From Chlorokybus atmophyticus (Eukaryota; Plantae; Mesostigma and Chlorokybus algae): a stretch of DNA of 64,000 nucleotides. The position numbers and the translations under genes were made by a program. The stretch is from the NCBI GenBank assembly GCA_009103225.1, contig RHPI01000385.1:19962-83961 (forward strand). Direction: 5' to 3'. Positions 24,840-38,084 of this stretch are shown here, piece by piece. Each line of letters starts with the position of its first letter. Position 1 is the first letter of the stretch. The notes under the pieces were generated by a model. That model was not told the origin of the DNA. It saw only the letters and a list, made by a program, of their open reading frames with translations, and did not search any database.

Positions 24840-27800
24840 CCAGATACAACGCTGCTGCTCACCTGCTGGAATCTGAGCGTCATGTCATCCAGGGCGTTAT
24901 TCAATCCCATGACATGGCGCTGGCTGCTGGCCAGCTGCACTTGAAGCTGCCCCACTCGCTTGTGCATTCTGCATGAGACCGAACTAATACTCATGAACAT
25001 AGGCACGCACACGCAAATGCTCATGCACACGCAAGCAGCAAATCATTTAGACGAGCAGCAAAAAGCTTCAACACGTGACTCGCGGTACAACAACATGTCA
25101 CTATTACCTGAACCCCGTCATCTCGTGCTCGCTCAAGCTCCCCCTCACCTCCCTCAACTTCCCCAACACCACCTTGTGCGCGTGCGCGGCCCTCCTCTTC
25201 TCCTCCACCACCCCCTTCACACCACACCACCACACACACATCACCACCACATTGTTACCACACCTCCCCCCCNAACCCAACTCACCCTCAGCGTGTGTTC
25301 GAGCCGGCGTCCCGCATCCGCCATGTTCCGGAGTCGCTCCTCGCGCGCGAAGGCCTCGCGCTCCAACGCGACGCAGCGCTGGCGAAGGCTCCATGCCGTG
25401 GATTGGAGAGTCGCCGCCCGAGTAGCTAAGGCCATGCCGTCCTCGGCTGCGGCACGCGAGCACAGGGAGTAAGGGGTGGTGTGGGTGTGCGTGCGAGCGT
25501 GTGTGCGTGCATAATTGCGCGCGCAGGTACCAAACTCAAGCATTCATCATCGTTACCACAGGCATTCTTCAGCACAATTGTCGTGTTGCTGCTTTCAGGT
25601 TGGCCATCGTCGTTATCGTTCCCAATCAGGCCATCAACACCGACGCCACCAAACACAACCATGCGATGCCCCATGCACACAGCCACATGCGCCGCCCTTC
25701 CGCCAACATCATCTCCCCCTCCCACCTCTTTCCTCCTCACCCACACTCTCTCCCCCTCCCCCTCGTCTTCATCGCTCACATCCAGCGTGTACACGTGCGT
25801 GTTGTATCCCTCCCCATCAAAGCCTCCCACAATAACAAGACTCCCCCCCGTCGCGACCAGCGCGTGCTGGCGCATCGGCGGGGGCGGGGAGATTGTGATG
25901 AATTCGACCCAGCAGCGGGTGGAGAGGTCGAGCATGTGGAGGTCGGAGAGGTAGGAGGAGGAGGAGGAGAAGCCGGCGTGGATGAAGAGGCGGGAGCCAA
26001 TGACGGCTGCAGCGTGACTGAGGACAAGGGGGAGTTCAGAGCCCTGAAGATGCTCTGTGCGCGATCAACCTTGCATGCCAGTGCGCAAACACATGTATGC
26101 GCTCGTGTACTCATGCAAGCACGCACGCATGCACACACACAGACATAGACACACGTGTACGCGCGCGCACACGCACATGCACACGCGCACGTGCACACAA
26201 GCGCACACGCGCACGCACGCGCCCAACATCTACGCCATGTCCAACTTTCTGACTACATACCTCCGTCGCGGGCACGGCGTGGTCCCAAACGTCTCCATCT
26301 CACTCCACGTCCTCCTCTTCACATCACACACCCACAGATCATTCAAACACCCCCCTCCACCCCCTCCCCGTCCNNNNNNNNNNNNNNNNNNNNNNNNNNN
26401 NNNNNNNNNNNNNNNNNNNNNNNNNNNNNNNNNNNNNNNNNNNNNNNNNNNNNNNNNNNNNNNNNNNNNNNNNNNNNNNNNNNNNNNNNNNNNNNNNNNN
26501 NNNNNNNNNNNNNNNNNNNNNNNNNNNNNNNNNNNNNNNNNNNNNNNNNNNNNNNNNNNNNNNNNNNNNNNNNNNNNNNNNNNNNNNNNNNNNNNNNNNN
26601 NNNNNNNNNNNNNNNNNNNNNNNNNNNNNNNNNNNNNNNNNNNNNNNNNNNNNNNNNNNNNNNNNNNNNNNNNNNNNNNNNNNNNNNNNNNNNNNNNNNN
26701 NNNNNNNNNNNNNNNNNNNNNNNNNNNNNNNNNNNNNNNNNNNNNNNNNNNNNNNNNNNNNNNNNNNNNNNNNNNNNNNNNNNNNNNNNNNNNNNNNNNN
26801 NNNNNNNNNNNNNNNNNNNNNNNNNNNNNNNNNNNNNNNNNNNNNNNNNNNNNNNNNNNNNNNNNNNNNNNNNNNNNNNNNNNNNNNNNNNNNNNNNNNN
26901 NNNNNNNNNNNNNNNNNNNNNNNNNNNNNNNNNNNNNNNNNNNNNNNNNNNNNNNNNNNNNNNNNNNNNNNNNNNNNNNNNNNNNNNNNNNNNNNNNNNN
27001 NNNNNNNNNNNNNNNNNNNNNNNNNNNNNNNNNNNNNNNNNNNNNNNNNNNNNNNNNNNNNNNNNNNNNNNNNNNNNNNNNNNNNNNNNNNNNNNNNNNN
27101 NNNNNNNNNNNNNNNNNNNNNNNNNNNNNNNNNNNNNNNNNNNNNNNNNNNNNNNNNNNNNNNNNNNNNNNNNNNNNNNNNNNNNNACACGCACTCACTC
27201 CCACCCCCGCCCTCATACACCCACGCCCACACATCCTCTCACCAGCGTCGTAGACCCACACGTCATCGAGCCACTCTCTCCCGTCGTACCCTCCAAACAC
27301 CGCCACGCGGCTGTCGCTCGGCCTGCCCACCCTCGCTCCGACCGCGCCGCATCGGCCCCTAGGGCCAACACCAGCTGTGACCTCCTGGTCGTTGGGACCT
27401 CCTGGCGCTGGGCCACCGGGCACCCACCTCAAAACACCTTGTGAGAAGGAATGGAAGAAATGACACTTAGGGAAGGAAATACATGGTAGTGGCGAGTCAA
27501 CGACACTTGAATGTGCATACACAACTGTCACCACAGTACACATGTAGCGGTGACCACCACTTCACATGGCCCACACATGCGCGTGCATGCGCGGATACAT
27601 GCATAGAGCGCCACCCATGGGCACGCATGCAGACGTGCGCTCCCATCTGTGTCCCTCAATGCATGCACACGGACACACACATATGTCTTCAATCTTGGCA
27701 CAGAGAGACATGCGGGCGCATGCATGAACGAACACGTACTATCCAGCAGACCCGAGTGCTCCCAAGGCGGACACCGTCCATTTGCCCTCCTCAGCTCCTC

Positions 27801-30800
27801 CATCACTCCCCTCCCCTCATCGATCGCCGCCGCCATCTCCCTCTCCGCCCTGTCCCTCGCGGCGGCCAAGTCCCCGACCCTCTCCTCCGCCTCCTTCACC
27901 CTCGCGCGCAGTTGGGTCTCATCGGCGTCGAGGGCGTGGGTGCGCGAGGAGCGGGCCAGGGAGAGCCAGGACGAGAAGATGGAGCGGGTGAGGCGGGTGA
28001 GGGAGCGGAGGCGGAGGGAGGAGAGGGAGTGGTGGATGGAGGAGAGGCGGCAGGAGGTGAGGCGCCAGGAACGTAGCACGCGACGCCTGGGATTGGGTTC
28101 ACGTGTTGATTAGGAGCGAGCGAGAGACTCTGAACAGCACGTGTGCGTATGCGGATGTACTTGTATGCCATAGGCGCACGTGCTACAAGTGCACATCTAG
28201 TGAGTACATGTACATGGGTATACATGCGTGCTTGCAGGAGCATATGCATACACACGTATGTGCCGGTCTGCGCATTCACATCGTACTCACCCATGCTCAC
28301 ACACACACTGACACGTACACTGACACGCACCCACGCATGCACAGCCTCTCACTCACCTCATGCCATTCTCTCGGCGTCGGCAGAACCCCTCCACCTCTCT
28401 CCCCCGCCTCACCCTCGCTCTCCACCCCCTCCACGCCCTCACCACCTCCCTTCTCCTTCTCCTCGCCAACACTACCCGCTCTCGCCTCTCACCCGCGCAC
28501 CACGCGCGCCACGCTTTGAGCACACCACTCTTCGCACGCCTCTCGTGCCGGTGCGTGAGAGAGGACGTGAAGTGGGTGTTGCGGACGGCGTGGAGGTGGT
28601 GGAGGAGGAGGTGGTTGAATGTGGAGTGGAGTAAGAGACGGGTGTGCTTGCGCTGGGTGAGGGTGGAGAGGCGAGCGAGGGTGGCGCGGCGGGCGGACTT
28701 GCGTATGGATGTGTGGTGCCATGCGTGAAGGACGGCTTTGGCGAGCTTGTTGGAGTAATGCGTGCGCGCGTCGTTGGTGTGCTCAAGCATAAGAAGCACC
28801 TCCTCTCGCCACGCTGTGAAGGTGGCAGACACACGTCTCCGCTCACTTTGCACTTGCTTGATAGATACAAGCCTCACGTCCAACCTTCTCCCCCGCACGC
28901 GATGCGCCCACTCTTCCAACACCCCACACACAACTCTCCTCCCTCTCTCGTGCACATACCCACTCACTCTCTCCCTCACCTCCCTACTCTCCCTCCCCCA
29001 CTCCCTCCAAGCCCTAAACACCCCACTCACAACCCTCCTCCTCACCCTCTTCCTCACCCTCTCACTTGCATCTCTCCACCCTCTCCTCACCCTCACCCTC
29101 CCCACCCACACCCTCCACGCCCGCAAAAGCAATCCCCGCCGCGCACGTGTACACGCCTTTGCGTACACACGCCACGCCCGCAGGGAGGAGCGTAAAGAGG
29201 AGGTGCGGCGGTGGTGACGAGTGTGGGAGAGGAGGAGAGTGCGGAGGGTGTGGAGACGGGCGGGGGTGATGAGGGAGGAGGAGGACTGGATGCGAGCATC
29301 AGCAGCCTCCAAAGCTACCTGGAGAGAGCAGGGTTGAGGTTGTTGGCTTAGCATCATTACGCAGTTGCACATACATGCGCGCACTTTTATACAAATCCGC
29401 GCACTCGCAGGGGTGTGTGTGCGGTTGTGCTAGCATGCATGCACGTGCGTGTTGAAGCATGCTTGCGTGAGCGATTTGTCCCCCCAGTGTGTATCCTTGT
29501 GTGTCCGTGTGTGCGCATGTGTGTGCATGTACCACACAACCACTGCTCACCTGGGCAGCGAGCAGTTTCGCCCTCAGTTCCACCACCTCCTCCCTCATTC
29601 TCCCATTCTCCTCGCTCAGTCCCACAATCGCCGCATTCTTCTCCTTCTCCCACCTCGACTCCCCCTTTCCCCTCTCCTCCCTCTCCCTCTCCCTCCCCAC
29701 CTCCTCGGGCTCTCTCTTCATCAACAGCGCGTCCCGCACCTCCCGCGCCACGGCCTCGCGCAGGGTTTGTTTGTTGGTCTCCTCGGCATCGGCGGCGGCG
29801 GGACGGGCGGGGTGAGGGTGGGGGGTGGAGGGGAAGGGGGAGGGGGTGGAGGCGAGGGCGAGGCGGGCGTGGAGGGCGAGGAGAGCCAGGTTCTTGTCGC
29901 GCTCCCAGGCGCTCTGGGGAGGAGGACGGGGTTGGTGTGTCACATGAGCATGCACGCGCGCACACTTGCGCATGCACACGAGCGCGCACGAACACGCACA
30001 TGCGCAAGTGTACACGCACACACACGCACAGAACCGCACGCATGCACACACGCACACACACGCACATGCGCGCACGCGCACACGTGCGCGCACATACACA
30101 CACACACACACATGCAGGCGCCCACGCACACGCCCGCGCATGCATGCAGGCACGCATGTTTTTGCGCCCTGGATCACTCGCACAAACACGTGCGAACATA
30201 CACATGCACGCGCTCACAGACATATGCATCAACCCTCACCTCTCTGCTCGTCGACACGCTCCCTTCCGCCGTAATAGTCTCCCCGCCCCCCTCTTCTCTC
30301 CCCTCACCCTCCCTCACCCTCACCCTCCTCGCCTCCTCCCTCACCTCCTCCCTCACCCGCTCAAAGCACCCAGCACTCCGCTCCGCAGGCAGCAGGGTAG
30401 CAGATGGGAAGGATGTGTCTGTGGTGAGGTTTGTGGGGGTGGGGGTGGGGTCATGGGTGTGATGTGGGCGCTCGCGGGCGGCGTGGCTTGAGACGAGGGC
30501 GGAGATGTCGCGTTGCAGGGCGGATAGCGCCGCATCCTGCTTGTGCTGCTGCAGAGTCGTTCATTCATGTCAGGCAAACAAGTGAATACGGCATAGCTGC
30601 TTTCGCATGTATGACATGTGGGTGGTATGTGAGTGATGCAAGCATCAGACTAGTTAACCACAGCGGTGATGCATGTCCGAAGTCTAGCACCAAGCGTTCT
30701 ATGCAACTTGCTTTCAGCTCATACCCAAATACATCTGAGTTGACCATGTGTACAGCAACAAATGTCGAGTAGCAAGTAGTATATACCCCATCAAGCAAGA

Positions 30801-30829
30801 CCTAAGTTCACCTGTGCGGATGTCGCCAT
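23571..30829 (-). CDS. Large multi-exon protein: Sfi1-like repeats + coiled coil + kelch repeats + coiled coil (may be two genes)
   Basis: Exon 28353-29384 has recurring L/F-x-x-W motifs every ~22-33 aa. Kelch motifs: VAVFGGYDGREWLDDVWVYD, LNDLWVCD, LVIVGGFDG, MVVFGG. The candidate start is MATSAQ at 30829. The model spans a gap. Confidence 0.65.
24807..24840. repeat. (CAA)n intronic microsatellite
   Basis: Perfect CAA run. Confidence 0.95.
26374..27186. other. Assembly gap inside the kelch region
   Basis: N run. Confidence 1.
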
Positions 30830-31309
30830 GGCTGTGCGTTGCTGCAGCAGACCAAGTGCCCTTCCGTCAGTCAGTCTCTTTCATGCTCAAGTTAAGCTCT
30901 ATACATCACCACATGTTGCAACTATGATTACACCAGCCAGCACAGCCTTGACGGCCATCTCATCGACATGAACATCAACGCCGACGCCGCCGACGCCGCC
31001 GCAGCAACGGCACACAGGCGGTTTGAAAAAAACGCGTGCAGAAAGCGAGATATCAGCCTCCATGCTTGGTATCGACAGTATGCTAGATGCACAATTTACT
31101 GCGATACCACTTCAGATATTCCCCTGTATGTTCGATATCGGACGCATGATAGTCTGCATTGAAGTAGGGCTAAAGTAGGATGCAAGCATCAGCAGCGACA
31201 TGGCGGACATCGCCGCCCGCGGCGGCGGCGGTGGCGGTGAGGTTGGCGTGTCGGGACGCGAGCGACACAGGTAGAGCTCCCACTAGGAGAGTCTGCCGGA
31301 TCTGCTAGT

Positions 31310-33852
31310 ATGGCACCTGTGGGGCGCAGGAGGAGTTTGGAGATGACTTTGCTTGAGGACTGCTCCACCTCCACCTCCACCTCCTCTCCCACCTCCTCCT
31401 CCTCCCCTCCCTCCGCTGTCCGCAGGCGACGACGTGCTGCTCGACCGCTAGCTTGCTTGGTTAGTCGCCATCGGCAATGGATGGCGGCGCAGCGGTCCGT
31501 GAACAGCAGCCGACTCGCGGCGCTGCCGCTTCACCAGCGCGCATGGCTGGGCGCCCTTGCAGGTGAAATGCTGCAGTATTGCTTGCTTGGTGGACAATGT
31601 AGCAGGCATTGCACCAGGCACTTCAGCCATTGCACAGTACTGCTGAGACAATGTCAATCTCATGCACTTGATCCAATGTTTACCTTGATACAATAGGCCA
31701 AGGCTGTTGTAAGTAATTGGTGTGTTTTGTGTTGTAGTTGGAAGGCCTAGCATGCATATTAGGTCTAGTTTGTGGAGATCCTGACTGCCGTGTGAATGTT
31801 AAACTTGGGGTGTGTTCGTGTTCAATTGAAGGTGGTTTGGCGGGCGGCATCACGAGCGCAGTCTTGCATCCGATCGACACCATCAAGACCAAACTTCAGC
31901 ACCACGGCGCTGCGGACCTGTACACGGGGCCGGTGGACGCCATTCGCAAGGCACGAGCGCATATGCATGCAGATGTACTTGTCAATATGCATGCGCATGC
32001 GTGCGTGTGCGTGCGTGTGCGTGCGTGTGCGTGCGTGTGTGCGTGCGTGTGCGTGTGCGTGTGCGTGTGCGTGTGCGTGCGTGTGCGTGTGCGTGTGCGT
32101 GTGCGTGTGTTGACTCAAGGCAAGGGTGAACGTGTGCTTGCGAATATGTGCAAATATCTGCATGCTCTTTCGTGGGTTTCGTGGGCATGTGTGCGTGCGG
32201 GTTGTGCTCATGTTTGTGTGTGCAATCATAAACTTGACTGGAAGAGCCTAACTCCCCATTGGGCCAGTGCATACTTGCAAGCAAGTACAGCACCACCACA
32301 GACAGTGCGTGTCATAGTCATGACCTTGTACTTTTCCACCGATTGCAGGTAGTTGGTCAGCACGGCTTGTTGGGTCTCTACCCCGGCCTCCGCGCGACCG
32401 TGGCCGGTTCGATCCCCTCGTCCGCCCTCTACTTCGGCAGCTACGAGTTCGGCAAGGGACTGCTCGGGAAGCACCTGCCGCCCCGGCTCAAGGGCGCCGT
32501 ACCGCCCCTCGCGGCCGCGTTGGGGAATGTCATATCGAGCTCCATACTTGTGCCGAAGGAGGTCATCAAACAGGTAGGGGACATATGCAAGGACTAAGTA
32601 TCATAAACAAGTGTCTCAGTGTTTTGTGTACACGTGCGCATGCACGTATTAGTGCGCGTGGGTGTCTTACAGTTCAGGTCGGCAAGTATCGTGCTTGCGT
32701 TGGGTTTTGAAATACTGAATCGCTCAAGCGTTTGCTAACCTGGCTTTGTACTGTGTTACTGGGTTCCGGATGAGTTTCAACATGTGTCAAAGCCCAACAA
32801 GATCACGTTGTTTCATGCGCAGAGGATGCAAGTCGCGGGCACGCACAATGCTGTTGCGGTGCTTTCTGCAACCATCAGGTCCGAGGGCGTGCGTGGCTTG
32901 TACGCTGGTTGGGGCGCCGCGTTGATGCGGAACCTCCCGTCCAACGTGATCAACTTCACCGTGTTCGAGTACCTCAAGGCGCTCGTGATCGCGCGATCGG
33001 ATGATGGGTCCTCGACCCTCAAACCCTGGCAGAGCTTCGCTCTCGGCGCTGTGTCGGGCGGCACGAGCGCGCTGGCCACCACGCCGCTCGATGTGGTGAA
33101 GACCAGACTCATGACGCAGATGTCCCCGGCAGTCATACAGGTAGGTTCAATCCAATATTCTCAAGCACCTATCTGTGTGTATGTGTATGTGTATGTGTGT
33201 TTGCGCCCTACAAGCCGCTGTGGACATAGCCACCTGCATGTGTGTGGTCGTATGTGTCTGCATTTCAAGCCTCTGTGGACAATGCACAGTGTGTGTGCAG
33301 CTGCTCTGCACTGCGCCAACTTATGTATGCTGAGTACATAAACCCCACCCAACTGTATGTATGTGTTGACTGCACACTTGAAGTAGTCGCATGGTAACAC
33401 ACTACAAGCCACTGTTGGTAATGCTCAGGGTGTAGCTGCTCTCATTGCTACCAACATGCGCTTGCTGTGCATTCATATATGCGCTACTGCACTCCAGCTC
33501 TTACGCACATGTTCGCACACAGGCTGCCGGCGGGAGCAAGTCCGCTGCGGTGGCAGCGGCGATGTTTTCGAGTGGTTACTCTGGCATCGCCAGCACGTTG
33601 GGTCGCATTGCGCGCGAGGAGGGTGTTGCGGGTTTGACGCGTGGGATGGCGCCGCGGCTGGTGTACAGCGCGGCGTTCGGCGCGATCGGGTTCTTCACTT
33701 TTGAGAGCCTGAAGACGGCGCTACTGTGGCAGGCTGTTCATCAGGCATCGCAGAGCGCTTCACTATCAACATCGCAGCACAACGTTGGCACGTTGGCTGC
33801 AGCAACACATGAAGCCGCGGCTGCCGAGGAAGAGAAGCTTAGGGTGAGGTAG
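31310..33852 (+). CDS. MFL1: Mitochondrial-carrier-family protein, plastid mitoferrin-like 1 type
   Basis: Three carrier repeats: HPIDTIKTKLQ, VPKEVIKQRMQ and [13 protein letters not shown]. Also SSALYFGSYEFGK, PPLAAALGNVISSSI and TRGMAPRLVYSAAFGAIGFFTFE, which resemble Arabidopsis MFL1. The N-terminus is Ser/Arg-rich. Confidence 0.82.
31996..32110. repeat. (GCGT/GCGTGT)n alternating purine-pyrimidine tract in MFL1 intron 2
   Basis: Visible tandem GTGCGT units. Confidence 0.92.
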
Positions 33853-34591
33853 CGGCGGGACGGCTGTCTGCGGGAAATGCAGACAGCCGTCCCGTGCAAT
33901 TTTGGTAGGGAGTTGGTCACTAAGTCTGGCTGATGCACGCAGTCTTTACTTTAGCGTTTGATGAGGGCTTCTCAGGATTCACCGTTTCTTCGGCCTGTGT
34001 GCTTGCTGGGAGTGCACGCGAGTAGGGTCTTTCCCTGTTCTTGTGCAGTGCCACCCAGCTGCCTGTTATGCATTTCCAGTGAAGCTGGCTACAAGCAAGA
34101 GAACATTGTTGGAACATACATGCGCCGTTGTAGTCACGAGCAACCATGAACGCAACAACTAGGGGCCCAAACTAGGGACAATGGCCTCTACATTGTCCGC
34201 TACTCAGAGTGTGCTGCCATGTTTGGTTTGGCCAGCCAATCAACGTACTGAAAGCCGCCATGGTTGCACATGCCCCTTTTGATCTTGGTTGCATGCGTGC
34301 ATGCAGGTGCTTATTAGTGAAATTTAACCCTTCTGGAGCAAGCCTAATAGTGTTGTTAACATGCGCGGTGCAACCATAACAACCATCAGTACAGAGAGAA
34401 AGTGTGTAAGATGATACTACTGTCTATGGCAGTGACACTGCTGTCCACTGGAAGTAAACAAAAGCAACATGTAGATATGCGGGCAACTCGCACAACTATC
34501 ACTACCACTTATTGTGACAACACAGTGTCGATGGTTTAAATAAGAAACCACACTCAACTACACAATCAGTGACAACCGACACAACACGCAT

Positions 34592-37248
34592 CTATGTTTG
34601 ATCTGGCAAAGCTGTCGTGGCTACTGTTTTTGACTTCGCGTCCCTACCATCCAAACTCCACCTACGAAAAACCTTTTTGCCAAACTCGTACGTGGACCAA
34701 CATATGGCTGCCGCAGGCGTATGAAAAAGCACGCGCGGCTTCAGCCCGCTCATCAGTGCTCGCGGGCCTTCCCTCTCAACAATCTGAGTCATGCACTTGA
34801 GTACTGATGTCGTCTTCAACTGCTGCGTGTTCTGCAATAGGGTTGTAACACATGTCAGTGCCAAGGCAAAGCCTGCCAACATGAACCTTACAGATTGGCA
34901 ACGCTTGTCGAACAGTCACACATCACGCCAGCTTTGAAACCTTACCTGAAAGGCGCCCTGAGTTTGCAAGCGAGTCTTTACAACGTCCAGCGGATTTGTT
35001 ACAGCTGAAGCAACAGCGCCTGCCAGCGCACCAGCCGTCATATGCGTCATCAGCCCTTCCTCCTCGCCGTCGTTGCCTATGAACTTCTTGGCACTTTCGT
35101 ATGTAGCAAAGTGCGCCGCCGTGAATGGGATGTTCATAATCACTGTCGTTCTGTAACTACGGTAGAAGGCGCCCATGCCTTCCTCTGCAATAATTCGCCG
35201 CACGCAATCCACAATCCTGTGTGCGCAACGAAGCAGTCAGCCGGCTGCCAAACACTCTACTGATAGTAACCAACTTGTCCAGGGTAGTGTCAGTGACTTA
35301 TGCTATGTTGGGTCAACTGATTGCTCAAAGAGGCAGTCTCTGCAATAATACACACCCTCTGTATGGAGAGTTCTCAAGCTGCAGTCGCTGCTTCACAACA
35401 TCCATAGGAGTGAAGACAGCGTCTGAAGCCACTGTTGCAATAGCACCTGTGCGCCCATCGAGTGTATAAGCAAGAAGTGTGACATGAAGCTCACAATATG
35501 CGGCATGTGATGAACATGCTACCATGGCATACCAGCTGTGGCATGTGCAACAGGATGGTGCCCAGGACGATTCCCGCCCAGAAACTCCTTGGCTGCTTCA
35601 TATGTAGCAAAATACACTGCATGTGCTGGGCCTGCGAACGGCACAGGACTGGAAGGTGGAACCTTGTGCATGTGTGTATGTGTGAAAACAACCAACTGTA
35701 CACAACAAGCATGATGTGTCCAGTGTGATGCGCCCCGTACCTGCGCCCAACCCCATGGCCCAAATACCCCTGTACAACCCCTGCGGTCCTTCGCTGCGAA
35801 ATATAGTTCGCACGGTCTCCACCATTGCGTCCGGTCCAAACATGCCGTTTGGTGTATGCGGATGGTGTACACACGCCTGATGGCCACACCACCGTTTTGT
35901 CAAAACGTATGTCAGCAACGTGAGATACAAGCACTCCACAATACTCATTGACTTAACATTATGTATGAATCGACTGATGGCCGTTACCTGCATCCTTGTC
36001 TTGACTGTATCAACAGGAAACATGGCCATATGTTCCACCATACCCGCAAGAGCCTGAACCACAGCACTGTCAGCCAACAATTTGCATCACTACCAGCAGT
36101 AGCACGGCGACAACAGCAATCACTGCGTCATATGATGCCTTGCCCCAGAAAAATGCATGCGGGTGTGTCCCAGACGAGGTGATGGCGCTCACAAACGTAG
36201 AATAGACTCATGCACACCAAACAAGAAGAATGAAACTCGCTATACGCAAGCGTCAATGGCGTGATGCAAAAGATAGAAACTCACGAAGTTTGGACTGCAA
36301 CTGATGTTACCATAAAATGCACAAGTACATGGATGTGGTTTGCAGTGCACGTTGCGCAGAAGGATGGCTGTTATGTTGAATGTGGATTCAATGGTCATGC
36401 GCAAGATGAAAAGCTGACGAAATCAGAGCACAGAGTTAGAGCATAAGCAACACGCGCACTAGCAATGGACAAACAGAAGCCAACTGCGCACTGCAAGACA
36501 GCGCAGAGTGGTTTCGCTTCCTGACATGGCGAACCCACAATTGGTGCGGACGGAGGTCCGTCACCACTCCTCATCTTCAATTGCTGAAAGGTACTGTTAT
36601 ATGTCAGGTGCTCTCGTGCTTGTTCTAGCCCTTTTGAGTATTTTGTTTTGTTGTTGTTGTTGTTGTTGTTGTTTGGGAGGGGGGCAGGNNNNNNNNNNNN
36701 NNNNNNNNNNNNNNNNNNNNNNNNNNNNNNNNNNNNNNNNNNNNNNNNNNNNNNNNNNNNNNNNNNNNNNNNNNNNNNNNNNNNNNNNNNNNNNNNNNNN
36801 NNNNNNNNNNNGGGGGCGGGGGGGCTTGACGTCTGATAGGCGCTTGACTAACTCACTCTGCTTGTTGTTGCTTATCAACTTGACTGACTGTTCCGTGCTG
36901 CAAACCAAACAGCGAAGAGCCAAAGCAGCAAGGACACACTAACATGCACTGGGGGACGCTTCAAGTTATGGGCGAATTCAACTCATACCATCGCATGCGC
37001 ACAAGCCAGGGGCCATGCAGCACATAAAGACTTACTCCTGCGGCCATGTGAGCCTCAAACGGCAGGCCATCATAGGTATACGCGTGGCTGGGCTCAGCGG
37101 CCGGCTCAGCTGCCCTGCGCGCCACATCCAGGTCCACCTCGTTCACCCCTCCCGCCATCGCCGAGGCTACAGCGTGCGGCAGCGCCTCCTCCCCTGACGA
37201 CGACGGCGATGGCGACGACGAAGACGACGACGAAGACGGCATGGCCAT
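34592..37248 (-). CDS. Mitochondrial iron carrier (mitoferrin, MRS3/4-MIT type)
   Basis: [98 protein letters not shown]. Confidence 0.93.
36689..36811. other. Assembly gap (mitoferrin intron 1)
   Basis: N run flanked by G tracts. Confidence 1.
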
Positions 37249-37662
37249 GGTCGTCGTCAAGGCCAAAGCCACTACTACCAAGCTACAAGCACTACTTACA
37301 AGTCACTCAACACCCCCAACCACCACTACACTCAGCTCGTTTGCTCTTGACAGCAAGCTCGTTGTCAACAACATGCACGTCAACAAAACAGCCACCCTGC
37401 AATCCACACCAACGACCACGACAGCTACGACGGCAGCAACCAACTGCACCAAGTCCACCGGTGGACATCCTCATCAGCGAAACCACTGCTTTACGAGAGC
37501 TTCTTCCTGCACCCTGGCCTTGCATGCACAGCTCTTCCAGGCCATCCAACCACCCTGTACTGGCCAGCTGTCGCTTTTCCACTGCCGCCTTCGCTGCCGC
37601 CGCAGCCGCAGCCGCCTTCACTGCAAGCTACGGCATGCGCCCCTAGCGGATGCGGTGGCTGG

Positions 37663-37675
37663 TTTAGGGTTTAGG
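37663..37675 (-). promoter_or_regulatory. Telo-box / interstitial TTTAGGGTTTAGG
   Basis: Lies between the divergent mitoferrin and YbaK starts. Confidence 0.6.
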
Positions 37676-38084
37676 TGTCCACGCTGGCGGCGGCAGTCAC
37701 GGCGGTGGGGGTGACGGCGGTTGGGGGGGGTGAAGGCGCTGGTCAGCAGGATAACGCTGCGCAACAAGTACTAAGAGTACGTCTGCTAATAGTTTGGCTG
37801 CGCGCTTGCTCTGCTTTTGTGACAAGGTCTATGTCTGGGTAACAGCTGCAGTGCACTGCACTGCACCTATTAGCTTCTCGCTGTCAAGCTTGCAATTGTG
37901 AGTGCAGTCGGGGTTACGGCTGCATTCATGGTCAGATTCCAATAGTTGCTTGAGTTTGAGTGCAAACTGTTGGGCTTCTGTGTTGCGGTGTAATGCCGAT
38001 TGCTTTGGACACAGGAAGGGTTGGTAGCTATTCCTCACATCAACAGAGGAAGCTAGCTACTGTCGCCCGCGAGCAGAGTCAGCG

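Noticed and set aside
29299-30491. Stacked 280-360 aa ORFs rich in H/T/R/A or C/V/A (also at 31.8-32.3 and 54.8-56.0 kb)
   Set aside because: RY microsatellite introns lack stop codons; the true exons are short and bounded by GT-AG.
31200-31308. Extra upstream MFL1 exon (MADIAARGGGG...)
   Set aside because: It needs a 38-nt intron, shorter than others here; unsupported without transcripts.
19760-32420. GGTTCGA T-loop-like words at ~19762 and ~32404 as tRNAs
   Set aside because: One is a splice donor and the other lies in an MFL1 exon; I see no cloverleaf or A-box.
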